Assembly (NCBI RefSeq): GCF_000253055.1
Contig: NC_016070.1
Location: forward strand, 1,650,001-1,682,000
From: Thermoproteus tenax Kra 1
GTDB taxonomy: Archaea > Thermoproteota > Thermoprotei > Thermoproteales > Thermoproteaceae
Length of the DNA: 32,000 nucleotides
Direction of reading: 5' to 3'
The position numbers were made by a program, and so were the translations under genes. This document shows positions 17,822 to 27,673 of the stretch, piece by piece (positions within the stretch are counted from its first letter, which is position 1; every line of letters starts with the position of its first letter). Under the pieces are notes generated by a model, which searched no databases, was not told where the DNA came from, and saw only the letters and a program-made list of their open reading frames with translations.

Positions 17822-19087
17822 ATGGGAACACAAATAATTTATAAGGAATCGAGGGAGGGTTTTTCCATGGGAGCCTTAACCATAGCATCCAAGTATATGA
17901 TAGTGGCGCAGATAGAGGTCAACGGAACTGTGGATAAATCGGATATAATAGGCGCTCTATTCTCGCAGACTGAAGGATTATTAAGGAAGGACATGGACTT
18001 AAGAGAGCTTCGAATAATGGGGAGGATCGGCAGAATCGACATCGATATAATAAGCAAGGACGGGAAGACTAAGGCCAAGATAAACATTCCGTCCAACTTA
18101 GACCGCTATGAAACGGCGTTGGTGGCGGCACTTATAGAGAGCGTGGAGCGTGTCGGCCCCTATCCTGCCACAGTGAAGATACTTGAGATCAGAGATCTCA
18201 GAGAGGAAAAGAGGAACAAGATCGTCGAAAGAGCAAAGGAGCTCATAAAGCTGATCGAGGAGGAGATCTTGCCTGACACTAAAGAGATACTTGAGAGACT
18301 GAAGGAGGATGTAGCGAAGGCGGAGATAGTGGAGTACGGCCCCGAGAAGCTGCCGGCAGGGCCCGACGTGGACAAGTCTGACAGCATAATAATAGTGGAG
18401 GGACGCGCCGATGTAGTCAACTTAGTTAAACATGGCTACCGCAACGTGATTGCGATCGAGGGCATAAGCCAAGGAATTCCTCAGACCATCGTTGAGTTAA
18501 GCAAGAGGAAGACAGTGACGGCGTTCGTCGACGGCGATAAGGGAGGCGAGCTCGTTTTGAGGGACCTCTTGAAGGTGGCCCATGTCGACTATATAGCCCG
18601 TGCGCCTCCCGGCAAGGAGGTCGAGCAATTGACCGCCAAGGAGATAGCCAGAGCTCTGAGAAATAAGCTGACGGTGGAGGAGTATATGGCACAACAGAAG
18701 TCGCAGGAGCAACAAGCGCCGGCGGAGCCCGCGGCGGCGCCCGCCGTAGCCGTCCAACAACAGGTTTCGTCTGTATCCGAAATACCTGACTCTCTGAAGA
18801 CTAAAGTCGACGAGCTGTTGGGGACTCTCGAGACCGAGATCTATGACGACAAATGGTCTCTAATCAAGAGGGTCGCAGTAAGAGAGTTGCCCGACTTTTT
18901 GACCTCCACTGAGACTCAGCTCTACGCTATATTGATGGACGGCATTGTCACCCAGAGGATAGTTGATCTGGCGACTAAGAGGGGGGTTAGATACATAATA
19001 GCGGCCAGGATAGGGCCTATAACAAAGGTGCCGGAAGAAATGAGAATACTTTCCTTCGACGAGCTGAAGGGAGGCGCAAAGGCGTAA
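17822..19087 (+). CDS. dnaG: Archaeal DnaG-like protein, Toprim domain (probable start ATG 17867)
   Basis: GALTIASKYMIVAQIEVNG, SIIIVEGRADVVNLVKHGYRNVIAIEG, VTAFVDGDKGG Toprim motifs. Confidence 0.95.
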   Translation: MGTQIIYKESREGFSMGALTIASKYMIVAQIEVNGTVDKSDIIGALFSQTEGLLRKDMDLRELRIMGRIGRIDIDIISKDGKTKAKINIPSNLDRYETALVAALIESVERVGPYPATVKILEIRDLREEKRNKIVERAKELIKLIEEEILPDTKEILERLKEDVAKAEIVEYGPEKLPAGPDVDKSDSIIIVEGRADVVNLVKHGYRNVIAIEGISQGIPQTIVELSKRKTVTAFVDGDKGGELVLRDLLKVAHVDYIARAPPGKEVEQLTAKEIARALRNKLTVEEYMAQQKSQEQQAPAEPAAAPAVAVQQQVSSVSEIPDSLKTKVDELLGTLETEIYDDKWSLIKRVAVRELPDFLTSTETQLYAILMDGIVTQRIVDLATKRGVRYIIAARIGPITKVPEEMRILSFDELKGGAKA

Positions 19088-19089
19088 TC

Positions 19090-21447
19090 CTAACTGAGAA
19101 AGTCGAGGAGGCTTTTGCCTCCACCTCTGCTGATAAAATCGCCCTCTCTTACTCCGACCACTCCGGCTATTCTCAGGGCTGCGGGAATTATCTGCTTCTC
19201 AATATAATAATCAATATCTATTTCCTTTAAATCATTTATTAATATATACGGTTTGGCTTTATATGTAATTTTATCACCACCTCTAATAATAACGTAACCT
19301 ATCGTCATTCCCTTGTGGACCCTAAATCCGCTTTTCTCCAACAACTTCGCTGCATACAAGTGGGGGGTCATCACCTTGTATTCGTTAAGGTCTTTATCAA
19401 GGGTTTTCCATATTATTAAATCATCTATATTAACTTTATATTCTTTTAAATTTTCAATAATAGTTTTAACATAGTTTATAACATTTGATTTAGCTTCTTT
19501 GATGTCTTGCGACTTTAGTATGTACTCTATTACGTTCAACTGCACTTCTTTAGCTAATTCGCACCAATCGCCTCTTACAACCTCGAACCCCACTATATCT
19601 ATTCTCCCATCGTCCAACAGACCGGCGTACCGCTTCTTAGATTCAGTAAATAAAATTTTTCTATATATTTTTTCTAATTTTATTTCTATTTCATATTTTT
19701 TATTAACATAATCTATTATTTTTTCAATAATAGGATTATTTTTAATGAATAAGCTATCTGTGTCGCCGTAGATGACGTCTAGTCCCAGAGCTCTTGCGTA
19801 CTTTATAACATCTAGGAGAATGCTCCTAGCATAGGCTGTGACAGACTCCGCCACCTCGCGTTTATACCACCTTGCTCCTATCCAGCCCATGTAGCCGTAC
19901 ATTGCGTTGGCCATGATCTTAAGGGCTCTCTGCCTCTCGTCCAACAGCTTATACTCGACGCTGTTGGGATCGATCCTCAACATGGCGCCTCTGACCTCCC
20001 TCCTCAGTTTAACCAGGGAGCTGAGCACTTGCGGTATAAACCCAGTTGGCGCCCTCCTGAACCTATGCCCCACCTCAGGCGCCACGTGGACTCCCTCAGG
20101 TGGGTCGGGCTCCCCCGGTTCTAAATATGTATCTGGCGACAAGTTGTACCTCATTATAATGCTCGGATACATAGATGTGAAATCCAGGACGGCCACATCA
20201 GAGTATATTCCAGGCCTCGGCTCCAAGACTATGGCGCCCTTGTATGGCTCATATGGCCTCTCCTCTCGGTTAGGCGCAACTTCGCCCGCACGATAAGCAT
20301 ACCTCATAAGCAACCACTCGACCCGTGCGCCGACGGAGGCCGCCGCGACTTGATCTAGGGGTATGCCCGACACCGACGAGAGTTGAATCAAGAAGGGCAA
20401 TAGCTTCTCGCCTAAGCCGTATGTGGACACGGCGTCCTCCAAGGAGTATCTGAGCAGAAGAGGTCTCCTCTTAGGATCGTCCCAATACTCATAGATCCTA
20501 TGGCCGGGAATAAGGACTCTTTCATCGCGGCGCATAACGCCGAAGTACTCAGCCGCTCTATCCAAAGTCTTCACCTTTATCTCGGGGACCTCCTCGATTA
20601 TATTGTAGAGATCTAAGTTGGCTCTGCCCAAGATAGACCAGTGGCCATACACGCTCTGCTGAGGTTGGCCTCCCATTCTGTCGATAGACAAGCTCAAGCC
20701 AAGCCTCCTAGCTCTTTCGGCTAAATAGGGCCAATCGAAGCCATTTGAGTTATAGCCCAGTATTATGTCTGGGTCAAAGCTCCTTATGTACTCCACGAAC
20801 TTGCGTATCAAAGGCCTATCATCTCTCCCGTCTGATGTGAGGACGCCCTCCCGGCCCTGCGAGTCTTTATATGATATTATTATAACCGGATCGCGCGATG
20901 GATCCGGCGTCCCTCTCTCGTTGTATACCTCTATATCGAAGGCCAAGACTCTTAGGTCGGGTAAAACGCCCGCCTTCTCCAGAATAGGAGTCGGCGGCCT
21001 CTTGACTAGATATTTCTTAAGAGAGCCCAGCCTCCCCTCCTCCGATACCTCAGCAACGTGCCACGCGGAGGGCACTACGCCTGTGTCAACCATATACCTC
21101 ATATAGAATCTTATATCTGCCTCGTAAACCCCTCTAACACCGCTGAGCGCAGATGCGGCATCCCTCAGCTTTCTCACATCCTCGGGTATCTTAGCGGTGA
21201 CCTTTGTGAGGGTTATGGACCTGCCGAAGAGCTTCCTTTCGACAACCTCTAGAGACTCTATGGGCGCTACGGCGGCCAAAGCCTGTCTCAGATTGTGGGG
21301 TCCCCCCTCAATGTAGAAATAAGGCCTGAAGGATCTATCGACTACAACGATCCTCTCTCCATTGCGATCTATGCCGAACATCCTAATTTCCGGGGCCCCT
21401 CCGACTACAGCATATGTTATATCTAGTAACCAGAAGGATATCTCCAC
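19090..21447 (-). CDS. polB: Family B DNA polymerase
   Basis: Exonuclease VLAFDIEVYNERG. Polymerase motifs VLDFTSMYPSIIMRYNLSPDT, KIMANAMYGYMG, YGDTDSLFIK. No intein seen in these motifs. Confidence 0.97.
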   Translation of the reverse strand: MEISFWLLDITYAVVGGAPEIRMFGIDRNGERIVVVDRSFRPYFYIEGGPHNLRQALAAVAPIESLEVVERKLFGRSITLTKVTAKIPEDVRKLRDAASALSGVRGVYEADIRFYMRYMVDTGVVPSAWHVAEVSEEGRLGSLKKYLVKRPPTPILEKAGVLPDLRVLAFDIEVYNERGTPDPSRDPVIIISYKDSQGREGVLTSDGRDDRPLIRKFVEYIRSFDPDIILGYNSNGFDWPYLAERARRLGLSLSIDRMGGQPQQSVYGHWSILGRANLDLYNIIEEVPEIKVKTLDRAAEYFGVMRRDERVLIPGHRIYEYWDDPKRRPLLLRYSLEDAVSTYGLGEKLLPFLIQLSSVSGIPLDQVAAASVGARVEWLLMRYAYRAGEVAPNREERPYEPYKGAIVLEPRPGIYSDVAVLDFTSMYPSIIMRYNLSPDTYLEPGEPDPPEGVHVAPEVGHRFRRAPTGFIPQVLSSLVKLRREVRGAMLRIDPNSVEYKLLDERQRALKIMANAMYGYMGWIGARWYKREVAESVTAYARSILLDVIKYARALGLDVIYGDTDSLFIKNNPIIEKIIDYVNKKYEIEIKLEKIYRKILFTESKKRYAGLLDDGRIDIVGFEVVRGDWCELAKEVQLNVIEYILKSQDIKEAKSNVINYVKTIIENLKEYKVNIDDLIIWKTLDKDLNEYKVMTPHLYAAKLLEKSGFRVHKGMTIGYVIIRGGDKITYKAKPYILINDLKEIDIDYYIEKQIIPAALRIAGVVGVREGDFISRGGGKSLLDFLS

Positions 21448-21600
21448 ACATACCTCTACGCTGTGTTTAAAAACTTATATCTAGGAAGAAGGATTACACT
21501 TAGGCTCACACTATCTTATAGATTTAATGTAATTAAATATATTTTAACCTTGAAGTTTACTTAGAATACCTATACTACACAATTGAATGAATTATCAATG

Positions 21601-21759
21601 TTACGAGGCCCAATTGTATTTCCTTAAACGCTTGGATCTGCCCCAACCACAACTGGCACAGTAGCCCTTCGCCACATTGTACGAATGGCGCCCACACCTT
21701 GGACACCTTATGTGCGTCTTTCCTCTGCTGTGCTTGCCCATTGAAGGAGTGCCCTTCAT
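21601..21759 (-). CDS. rpl37e: Large ribosomal subunit protein eL37 (52 aa, not in the supplied ORF track)
   Basis: Reverse strand ATG at 21759: [56 protein letters not shown] overlap with the upstream Lsm gene. Confidence 0.96.
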   Translation of the reverse strand: MKGTPSMGKHSRGKTHIRCPRCGRHSYNVAKGYCASCGWGRSKRLRKYNWAS

Positions 21760-21995
21760 GTTGGCGACACAAACAACACGTTCTCCCCTCTAACGACCAT
21801 GGTTCCCCTCTTGAATATATTGTTGTCCACTACCTCCTCAGCATCCTCGAGGAGCAGATTTACATGTTGATCGAAGGATTTCAGAATGCCTCTAATCTCA
21901 TAGCCGTCTCTAAGCTTTACTAACACCCTCTTGCCTATGGAATCTTGAAGAGTTGCGCCCAAGGTGGCTAAACACTTTGACATATCACTCGACAT
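21756..21995 (-). CDS. Sm-like archaeal protein (LSm)
   Basis: [45 protein letters not shown]...[17 protein letters not shown] gives Sm1 and Sm2 motifs. Confidence 0.95.
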   Translation of the reverse strand: MSSDMSKCLATLGATLQDSIGKRVLVKLRDGYEIRGILKSFDQHVNLLLEDAEEVVDNNIFKRGTMVVRGENVLFVSPT

Positions 21996-22024
21996 GGCGA
22001 CCGCCCTCCCTCAGATATTTAAAG

Positions 22025-22056
22025 GTTGTTCCCGGCCCCATGCCGGGCTTTACAAC
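22025..22056 (-). terminator. Interrupted GC-rich hairpin between operons (possible terminator or RNA element)
   Basis: GTTGT-t-CCCGGC-cccat-GCCGGG-cttt-ACAAC gives nested 5-bp and 6-bp stems. It lies between the small ORF 22105-22284 and the Lsm promoter region (TTTAAATAT on the minus strand). Confidence 0.4.
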
Positions 22057-22104
22057 TGGAAGTCTCGCCTCCTGGGGCAGGGGCGTGGCAACTCTATTCA
22101 TGGT

Positions 22105-22284
22105 CTAATGGCTTTCGTGAGGTCGCGCTGGATCCTCCGGGGACGCCGACCAACTCTCCATAGCGCTTAGTGATGAGCGTTGCCAAGATAACAGTTTGTA
22201 CGCAAGAGAGTCCCCCTCATACAGCGCTAAAAGCCTATTTATACAATCGACGTACTTACTGAGGCGCCCCCTCTGGGACCTCAT
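22105..22284 (-). CDS. Small ORF, 59 aa, unknown function, coupled to aCPSF (below the length cutoff of the ORF track)
   Basis: ATG (22284-22282) overlaps the aCPSF stop TGA (22283-22281) as ATGA. Protein: MRSQRGRLSKYVDCINRLLALYEGDSLAYKLLSWQRSSLSAMESWSASPEDPARPHESH*. Confidence 0.5.
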   Translation of the reverse strand: MRSQRGRLSKYVDCINRLLALYEGDSLAYKLLSWQRSSLSAMESWSASPEDPARPHESH

Positions 22285-24188
22285 AGCGCTCTTATGCGCT
22301 CGCCCACCTTGGGTATCACTGTGGTGACCTTATAGCGGATCTCTATAGATGTAGCTAGGCTGATCGTCTTAGAGGGCTCTCCGTGGATCAATACTATCTT
22401 CTTAGGTCTGGGTTCCAACGTCTCTATGTACTTCATAAGCTCCCTCCTATCGCTGTGTCCCGAAAAGCCAGGTATAGATAGCACGCCCATTTTCATAGAC
22501 ACCTTCACCTCACCCATGGACAAGCTCCTTACAATGAAGTCTCTTTCCCCGTTTAATATGCGCCTCCCCAGGGTGTTTTCGGCTTGGTATGATACAAAGA
22601 TCAGCTTATTGGCTGGATCTGGGGCCAAGTGGACGAAATACTCCAGGATGGGTCCTCCGTTCAACATTCCGTGAGGCGCAATTATCACGCCGGGTTGTCC
22701 GTCTTGCACGATCTTCGCCACTTGGTTGATCCTGTCCTCAAGCCTCTTAGCTCTTTCAATTATTTGGATGTTCCCTGACGAGGTAAAGGGATTGATTCCG
22801 TTATAGATCTCCTCGGCGACCTCTCTGTTGAGGAAGTGTGGGTACATTAAATATGCGTTAAGGGTCTCCACGATCATTCCATCCACATATATGGGAGCCT
22901 TCTTCAGAGAGCCCTTGTTCATTTCTCTGTTTAGTATATACAGTATCTCCTGTGCTCTGCCTGTGCTGAAGGCCGGTATTAAGACCTTGCCGCCTCTTTC
23001 TATAGTCTCAGTTATGTTCTTTACTAAGGTGTTCTCTGCCTCAATTCTGGGGGGCTGCACATCGTCGCGGCCGCCGTAGGTTGACTCCATTATCAACATT
23101 TCAACTCTCTTGAACTTATTGACCGCTCTGTTTAGGAGATTAGTTCTACCGAACTTGAAATCGCCTGTGTATAGTATGTTGTAGCGCCCATTGCCTATGT
23201 GTAGATGTATCAACGCCGAACCTATCTCGTGACCTGCGTCGTAGAACGTGAGCTTCACGTCGGGGGCTATGTCGGTCACTTCCTCGTAGTCCAGCGTTAT
23301 AGTGTGATACATAAGGGCCTCGATATCGCTTTTAGTGTAAGGCGGCGTCAGCCCCTCACGCTCCTTAAGCTCCACGTAGTCCGTCAGAAGGATGTACGTC
23401 AGATATTTTGTGGGATCCGTCATATAAACTGGTCCCTTGTAGCCATACTTGTAGAGATAGGGCAGACACCCCACGTGATCCATATGCGCGTGAGACAACA
23501 CGACTGCGTCCAGCTCGTCTAAGTCTACCTGCTCGAGAAGCGGGAACTCCTCCTCATATTGAGATGGCTTGAGGCCGCAGTCCAGTAATATCTTGCTCTC
23601 CGTCGTGTCGACGAGTATAGCGCTTCTCCCCACCTCCATCGACGCTCCGAGGAAGGATATGGTTATAGCGCCTTCCCTCACTATAGGCTCGTGGTGTATC
23701 CTCATGCCGAGCTCCCTCATCATGGACATCCTTCTCTCGAAGGCCTTGTGGAATATGGCCCTCACGTCGAGGACATCCTTGGAGGGCAATTTCATCATCT
23801 TGGGCACTCCCATCTCCACAATCGCGCGCCATCCCGTGGAGGTGAATATATCTCTCGCCAACCTCTTGAAGTCTCTCTCAGGTATGGCCTTTGAGAGATA
23901 GATATAGACGTCGCCTACATCTTCAAACTCTACACTCTCTACCAGATCCCCCGCCAAGGACAGAATGGCCTTTTCAGCCTCCCTCTTGGGCAGACGCGCG
24001 GAGGGGTCGCTTCTTACAATTATCCTTTTCTTCAACGTCCTAGCAACCTCGGCGACTTCCTCAGGACTTAAATTGGCGGGGTTTCTAATATAGACACAGA
24101 TAGAAGGCCCCTCGATCTCCACCTTGGATACCTCTACGCTCGATAGAAGCTCCTTGATCTTTGATTCAAGATCAAGAGAAACGGCCAC
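22281..24188 (-). CDS. Archaeal CPSF-like beta-CASP ribonuclease with N-terminal KH domains (aCPSF1)
   Basis: SFLGASMEVGRSAILVDT, VVLSHAHMDHVGCLPYL, YTGDFKFG, VLIPAFSTGRAQEIL, PGFSGHSDRRELM. Confidence 0.96.
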   Translation of the reverse strand: MAVSLDLESKIKELLSSVEVSKVEIEGPSICVYIRNPANLSPEEVAEVARTLKKRIIVRSDPSARLPKREAEKAILSLAGDLVESVEFEDVGDVYIYLSKAIPERDFKRLARDIFTSTGWRAIVEMGVPKMMKLPSKDVLDVRAIFHKAFERRMSMMRELGMRIHHEPIVREGAITISFLGASMEVGRSAILVDTTESKILLDCGLKPSQYEEEFPLLEQVDLDELDAVVLSHAHMDHVGCLPYLYKYGYKGPVYMTDPTKYLTYILLTDYVELKEREGLTPPYTKSDIEALMYHTITLDYEEVTDIAPDVKLTFYDAGHEIGSALIHLHIGNGRYNILYTGDFKFGRTNLLNRAVNKFKRVEMLIMESTYGGRDDVQPPRIEAENTLVKNITETIERGGKVLIPAFSTGRAQEILYILNREMNKGSLKKAPIYVDGMIVETLNAYLMYPHFLNREVAEEIYNGINPFTSSGNIQIIERAKRLEDRINQVAKIVQDGQPGVIIAPHGMLNGGPILEYFVHLAPDPANKLIFVSYQAENTLGRRILNGERDFIVRSLSMGEVKVSMKMGVLSIPGFSGHSDRRELMKYIETLEPRPKKIVLIHGEPSKTISLATSIEIRYKVTTVIPKVGERIRAL

Positions 24189-24220
24189 AGGGTAGAGCTC
24201 TCCCGGTCTTATATATTTGG

Positions 24221-24820
24221 CTATTCGGCGACCAAGACCCTCTGTCTTGCCGTAAGCACACGTCTGAAGCCCTCCTTGGTTATCACTACTATATCTATGC
24301 CCTCGCCCGAGCCAGGGTCGTTCCTCATGGCAGCCTTCACCGCATTCTCGGCAACCTTAATCGCTTCATCTATGGAGATATCGTCTCTGTAGTTAACCTC
24401 GAGGACGCCCATGGCGTAGGGCGAGCCGCTACCGGTGGCTATATACCGCTCGGAGCTGTAGCTCCCCAACCAGTCCAACATGTAGAGCTGCGGCCCCTCG
24501 TCGTCGTATCCTCCTATTATAGAGTGAACCAGATAGATGAAGGGTCTCGAGTAAAACAACACTAGTGAGGCGTAGTTGACCAACGTCTTTATTGGGATCG
24601 GTCTCCCATGTTCAGATCTATATTCTCTCGCCTGTATTGACAAGATGTTGAGCAATCCCTGAAGGTCGGCGACGCCGCCGCTCATGGTGGCGGCTACATG
24701 TTCATCTATCTTCCAGATCTTCTCGCCACGCTTGTGAGCTATATAGTACCCCGCTGTGACTCTCTTATCGGCGGCTAAGACTACGCCGTCTCGCGCCTTT
24801 ATTCCTACAGTGGTGGTCAT
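24221..24820 (-). CDS. psmB: Proteasome beta subunit
   Basis: MTTTVGIKARDGVVLAADKRVTAG...GEKI...MSGGVADLQ...YIATGSGSPYAMGVLE. Confidence 0.95.
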   Translation of the reverse strand: MTTTVGIKARDGVVLAADKRVTAGYYIAHKRGEKIWKIDEHVAATMSGGVADLQGLLNILSIQAREYRSEHGRPIPIKTLVNYASLVLFYSRPFIYLVHSIIGGYDDEGPQLYMLDWLGSYSSERYIATGSGSPYAMGVLEVNYRDDISIDEAIKVAENAVKAAMRNDPGSGEGIDIVVITKEGFRRVLTARQRVLVAE

Positions 24821-24843
24821 CGCAGTAAAGCTGAAAGAGCTTT

Positions 24844-25539
24844 TTATTTCTTAAGCTCTACCTCTTGCGAGAATACTATCTTCTTCAGATTCTCAAACCT
24901 GCCGCTTAAGTCGGAGGCTATCTGCAACAATATATTACCGATCTTTTCATAGAGCAACACTTCGGCGGGCAGTCTTACATTCAGCTCCGTTCCGTCTTGC
25001 GAAAACGACGCTGAGATTTTATCGGGCGCGATCCTTGGCATATACTGCTTCACTATGTATACTACCCTCTCCTCGCTTGTGTTAAGCCTCTTGACGATCT
25101 TACCTCTAACTATCAGCGTTTTATCCGCTAAGGGGTGGTTGAAGTCCAAGGTGACTCTGCCCCCCGATATTGAGATCACGCGAGCTCTGGCCCCCTCAAT
25201 CTCAACTATGTCGTCGACATGCGGTATTATGCCGTGCCTATGGAACTCCCTTATGGAGAGCACTTTGATCTTCGCGGGATCCCTTTGGCCGTACGCCTTC
25301 TCGGGCGGTATCTCCACCTCTACGTCTTTACCCTCGTCGGCGTTCAACAGCGCATTCTCCAAGGGCTCCCACAACTTGGTCTCGCCCAATATCACGAGGC
25401 GGGGCTCGTACACTTCCTCAGGCTTGTAGATGCCGGCCTCCTTGGCGACAGCTTCGTTGGTAGTCTCAATTACCTTGTTATCCTCTTTGACAGTAACAGT
25501 GTAGTCGAATAGGATATAGTCTCCCTTGTTGAGAGTCAT
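24844..25539 (-). CDS. FKBP/SlyD-type peptidyl-prolyl cis-trans isomerase
   Basis: [22 protein letters not shown]...[33 protein letters not shown]...[21 protein letters not shown]. Confidence 0.9.
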   Translation of the reverse strand: MTLNKGDYILFDYTVTVKEDNKVIETTNEAVAKEAGIYKPEEVYEPRLVILGETKLWEPLENALLNADEGKDVEVEIPPEKAYGQRDPAKIKVLSIREFHRHGIIPHVDDIVEIEGARARVISISGGRVTLDFNHPLADKTLIVRGKIVKRLNTSEERVVYIVKQYMPRIAPDKISASFSQDGTELNVRLPAEVLLYEKIGNILLQIASDLSGRFENLKKIVFSQEVELKK

Positions 25540-25784
25540 GGCGTAGCAATAGTGCTCTCCTCTTGTTTCTCCTTGGCCTTAGAAGCCTTCACCAACCTGG
25601 TTATATAGCCGGCAATTCTATTTCTTACTCTTTTGCTTCCGACATCGGCGAGCTCTGCCACTATTTTCTTGTTTTCGTCGAAGCTGTCTGTGAATTTATC
25701 TGGATAGGCCTCCAACAACTTAGCGGCAATGGACTTTACGTAACGAGGTTTAACTCTCCCCATCAAAAGAGGCCACAACTTCAA
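25536..25784 (-). CDS. rps17e: Small ribosomal subunit protein eS17 (true start probably at about 25763)
   Basis: [63 protein letters not shown] overlap with the FKBP gene. Confidence 0.95.
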   Translation of the reverse strand: MKLWPLLMGRVKPRYVKSIAAKLLEAYPDKFTDSFDENKKIVAELADVGSKRVRNRIAGYITRLVKASKAKEKQEESTIATP

Positions 25785-25970
25785 CCTTTAAAAATAGTTA
25801 TGCCCTATGATCTCGCCTGCGGGGACGCACTTATTGACATTACTGTTAATATCAAATGATATCTTAATTGTTATTAAGCAGAAAAAATAAATAAAATTAT
25901 TTTTAAAATAATGAAAAATTCTAATAGTAATAAATTACATGTTGGACAATTCAGCGACCGTTGCGTCAAG

Positions 25971-25985
25971 AAAAGTTTTTATATA
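25971..25985 (+). promoter_or_regulatory. BRE/TATA promoter of the thermosome gene
   Basis: AAAAGTTTTTATATA lies about 25 nt upstream of the ATG at 26006, consistent with a leaderless transcript. Confidence 0.7.
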
Positions 25986-26005
25986 CGCGAAATTAGTAAA
26001 ACCTC

Positions 26006-27673
26006 ATGAGCTCCCAAACGGCGTATTTGACGCAGATAGGAGGAGTACCGGTCCTGATATTTAAGGAGGGAACGCAAAGAGCGTTCGGAAAAGAGGCGAT
26101 GAGACTCAATATTATGATAGCTAGGGCTGTGGCCGAGGTGCTCCGTACTACGCTTGGGCCTAAGGGGATGGACAAGATGTTGATCGACAGCCTAGGTGAT
26201 ATCACTATAACTAACGATGGAGCTACGATATTAGATGAGATGGACGTACAACATCCAATAGGCAAATTGTTGGTCGAGATCTCGAAGAGCCAGGAGGAGG
26301 AGGCCGGCGATGGAACGACCACGGCAGTTGTCTTGGCCGGCGCTTTGTTAGATGAGGCGGAGAAGCTGTTGGAAAAGAACATACACCCCACCGTAGTGGT
26401 GTCCGGCTATAAGAAGGCGCTGGACGTTGCGGTGGAGACGTTGAGGAAAGTCGCCGTGCCCGTTAACAGAACCGACTACGATATGTTGAAGAAGATAGCC
26501 ATGACAGCAATGGGAGGGAAGATATCGGAGACTGTCAAGGACTACTTCGCCGATCTGGCGGTCAAGGCTATATCGCAGATAGCCGAACAGAGAGGGGACA
26601 GATGGGTCGCCGATTTGGACAACGTCCAGTTGGTCAAGAAGCACGGCGGGAGCCTTCTTGACACTCAGCTTGTGTACGGCATAGTAGTGGACAAGGAGGT
26701 AGTGCACCCGGCTATGCCTAAGCGTATAGTCAATGCCAAGATCGCGTTGCTCGATGCACCATTGGAGGTCGAGAAGCCCGAGATAGACGCCGAGATTAGG
26801 ATCAACGACCCGACCCAAATGAGGGCCTTCTTAGAGGAGGAGGAGACTATACTGAAGGGCTACGTAGATAAACTGAAGGCGGCTGGCGTCAATGTAGTCT
26901 TCACAACTAAGGGCATAGACGATATCGCACAGTACTACCTAGCCAAGGCGGGCATAATGGCTGTCAGACGCGTCAAGAGGAGCGACATTGAGAAACTCGT
27001 GAGGGCCACCGGCGGAAGGCTTGTCACGAGCCTTGAAGATCTGACTGAGGCCGACTTGGGCTTCGCTGGTCTGGTGGAAGAGAGGCGTGTCGGAGATGAG
27101 AAGATGGTGTTCGTGGAGCAGTGCAAGAACCCCAAGGCCGTCTCAATATTGATACGCGGCGGGTTCGAAAGACTGGTCGACGAGGCCGAGCGCAACCTGG
27201 ACGATGCCCTGTCGGTTGTCGCCGATGTTGTCGAGGAGCCGTTCATACTGCCGGCCGGAGGCGCTCCGGAGATAGAGGCGGCAAAGGCCGTAAGAGCATT
27301 TGCAACTAAGGTGGGCGGTAGAGAGCAGTACGCAATAGAGGCCTTTGCTAACGCACTGGAGTCCATACCGAAGGCATTGGCTGAGAACGCAGGTCTTGAT
27401 GCAGTAGATATTCTGACGGAGCTAAGGCACAGGCACGAGCAGGCGGATGGTTGGAAGTATGGACTGGACGTGTACCAAGGCAAGGTCGTGGACATGGTGG
27501 GCCTAGGCCTGATAGAGCCCCTGGCGGTTAAGGTCAACGCGTTCAAAGTAGCCGTAGAGGCCGCATCTATGATACTAAGAATAGATGAGATAATTGCTGC
27601 CTCCAAGCTGGAGAAGGAGGAGAAGAAGGGAGAGAAGAAGGAGGGCGAGGAGAGCGAGACTAAATTTGATTGA
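26006..27673 (+). CDS. Thermosome subunit (group II chaperonin)
   Basis: LRTTLGPKGMDKMLIDSLGDITITNDGATILDEMDVQHPIGKLLVEISKSQEEEAGDGTTTAVVLAG...GGGAPEIEAAKAV. Confidence 0.97.
   Translation: MSSQTAYLTQIGGVPVLIFKEGTQRAFGKEAMRLNIMIARAVAEVLRTTLGPKGMDKMLIDSLGDITITNDGATILDEMDVQHPIGKLLVEISKSQEEEAGDGTTTAVVLAGALLDEAEKLLEKNIHPTVVVSGYKKALDVAVETLRKVAVPVNRTDYDMLKKIAMTAMGGKISETVKDYFADLAVKAISQIAEQRGDRWVADLDNVQLVKKHGGSLLDTQLVYGIVVDKEVVHPAMPKRIVNAKIALLDAPLEVEKPEIDAEIRINDPTQMRAFLEEEETILKGYVDKLKAAGVNVVFTTKGIDDIAQYYLAKAGIMAVRRVKRSDIEKLVRATGGRLVTSLEDLTEADLGFAGLVEERRVGDEKMVFVEQCKNPKAVSILIRGGFERLVDEAERNLDDALSVVADVVEEPFILPAGGAPEIEAAKAVRAFATKVGGREQYAIEAFANALESIPKALAENAGLDAVDILTELRHRHEQADGWKYGLDVYQGKVVDMVGLGLIEPLAVKVNAFKVAVEAASMILRIDEIIAASKLEKEEKKGEKKEGEESETKFD

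Noticed and set aside
17822-17866. Upstream 15-aa extension MGTQIIYKESREGFS of DnaG
   Set aside because: The conserved archaeal DnaG N-terminus starts at MGALTIASKY, and a TATA-like AATTTATAA lies at the right distance from ATG 17867.
19090-21447. Intein or split polymerase in polB
   Set aside because: All motifs are contiguous in a 785-aa ORF, with only AT-rich segments between motifs.
21575-21772. 65-aa [22 protein letters not shown]... from the track
   Set aside because: It is a shifted frame of the eL37 gene (21601-21759). The correct frame gives a perfect eL37.
25785-26000. C/D box sRNA between eS17 and thermosome
   Set aside because: No convincing C/D plus C'/D' box set. Only isolated ATGA-like matches were found, as expected by chance in AT-rich sequence.
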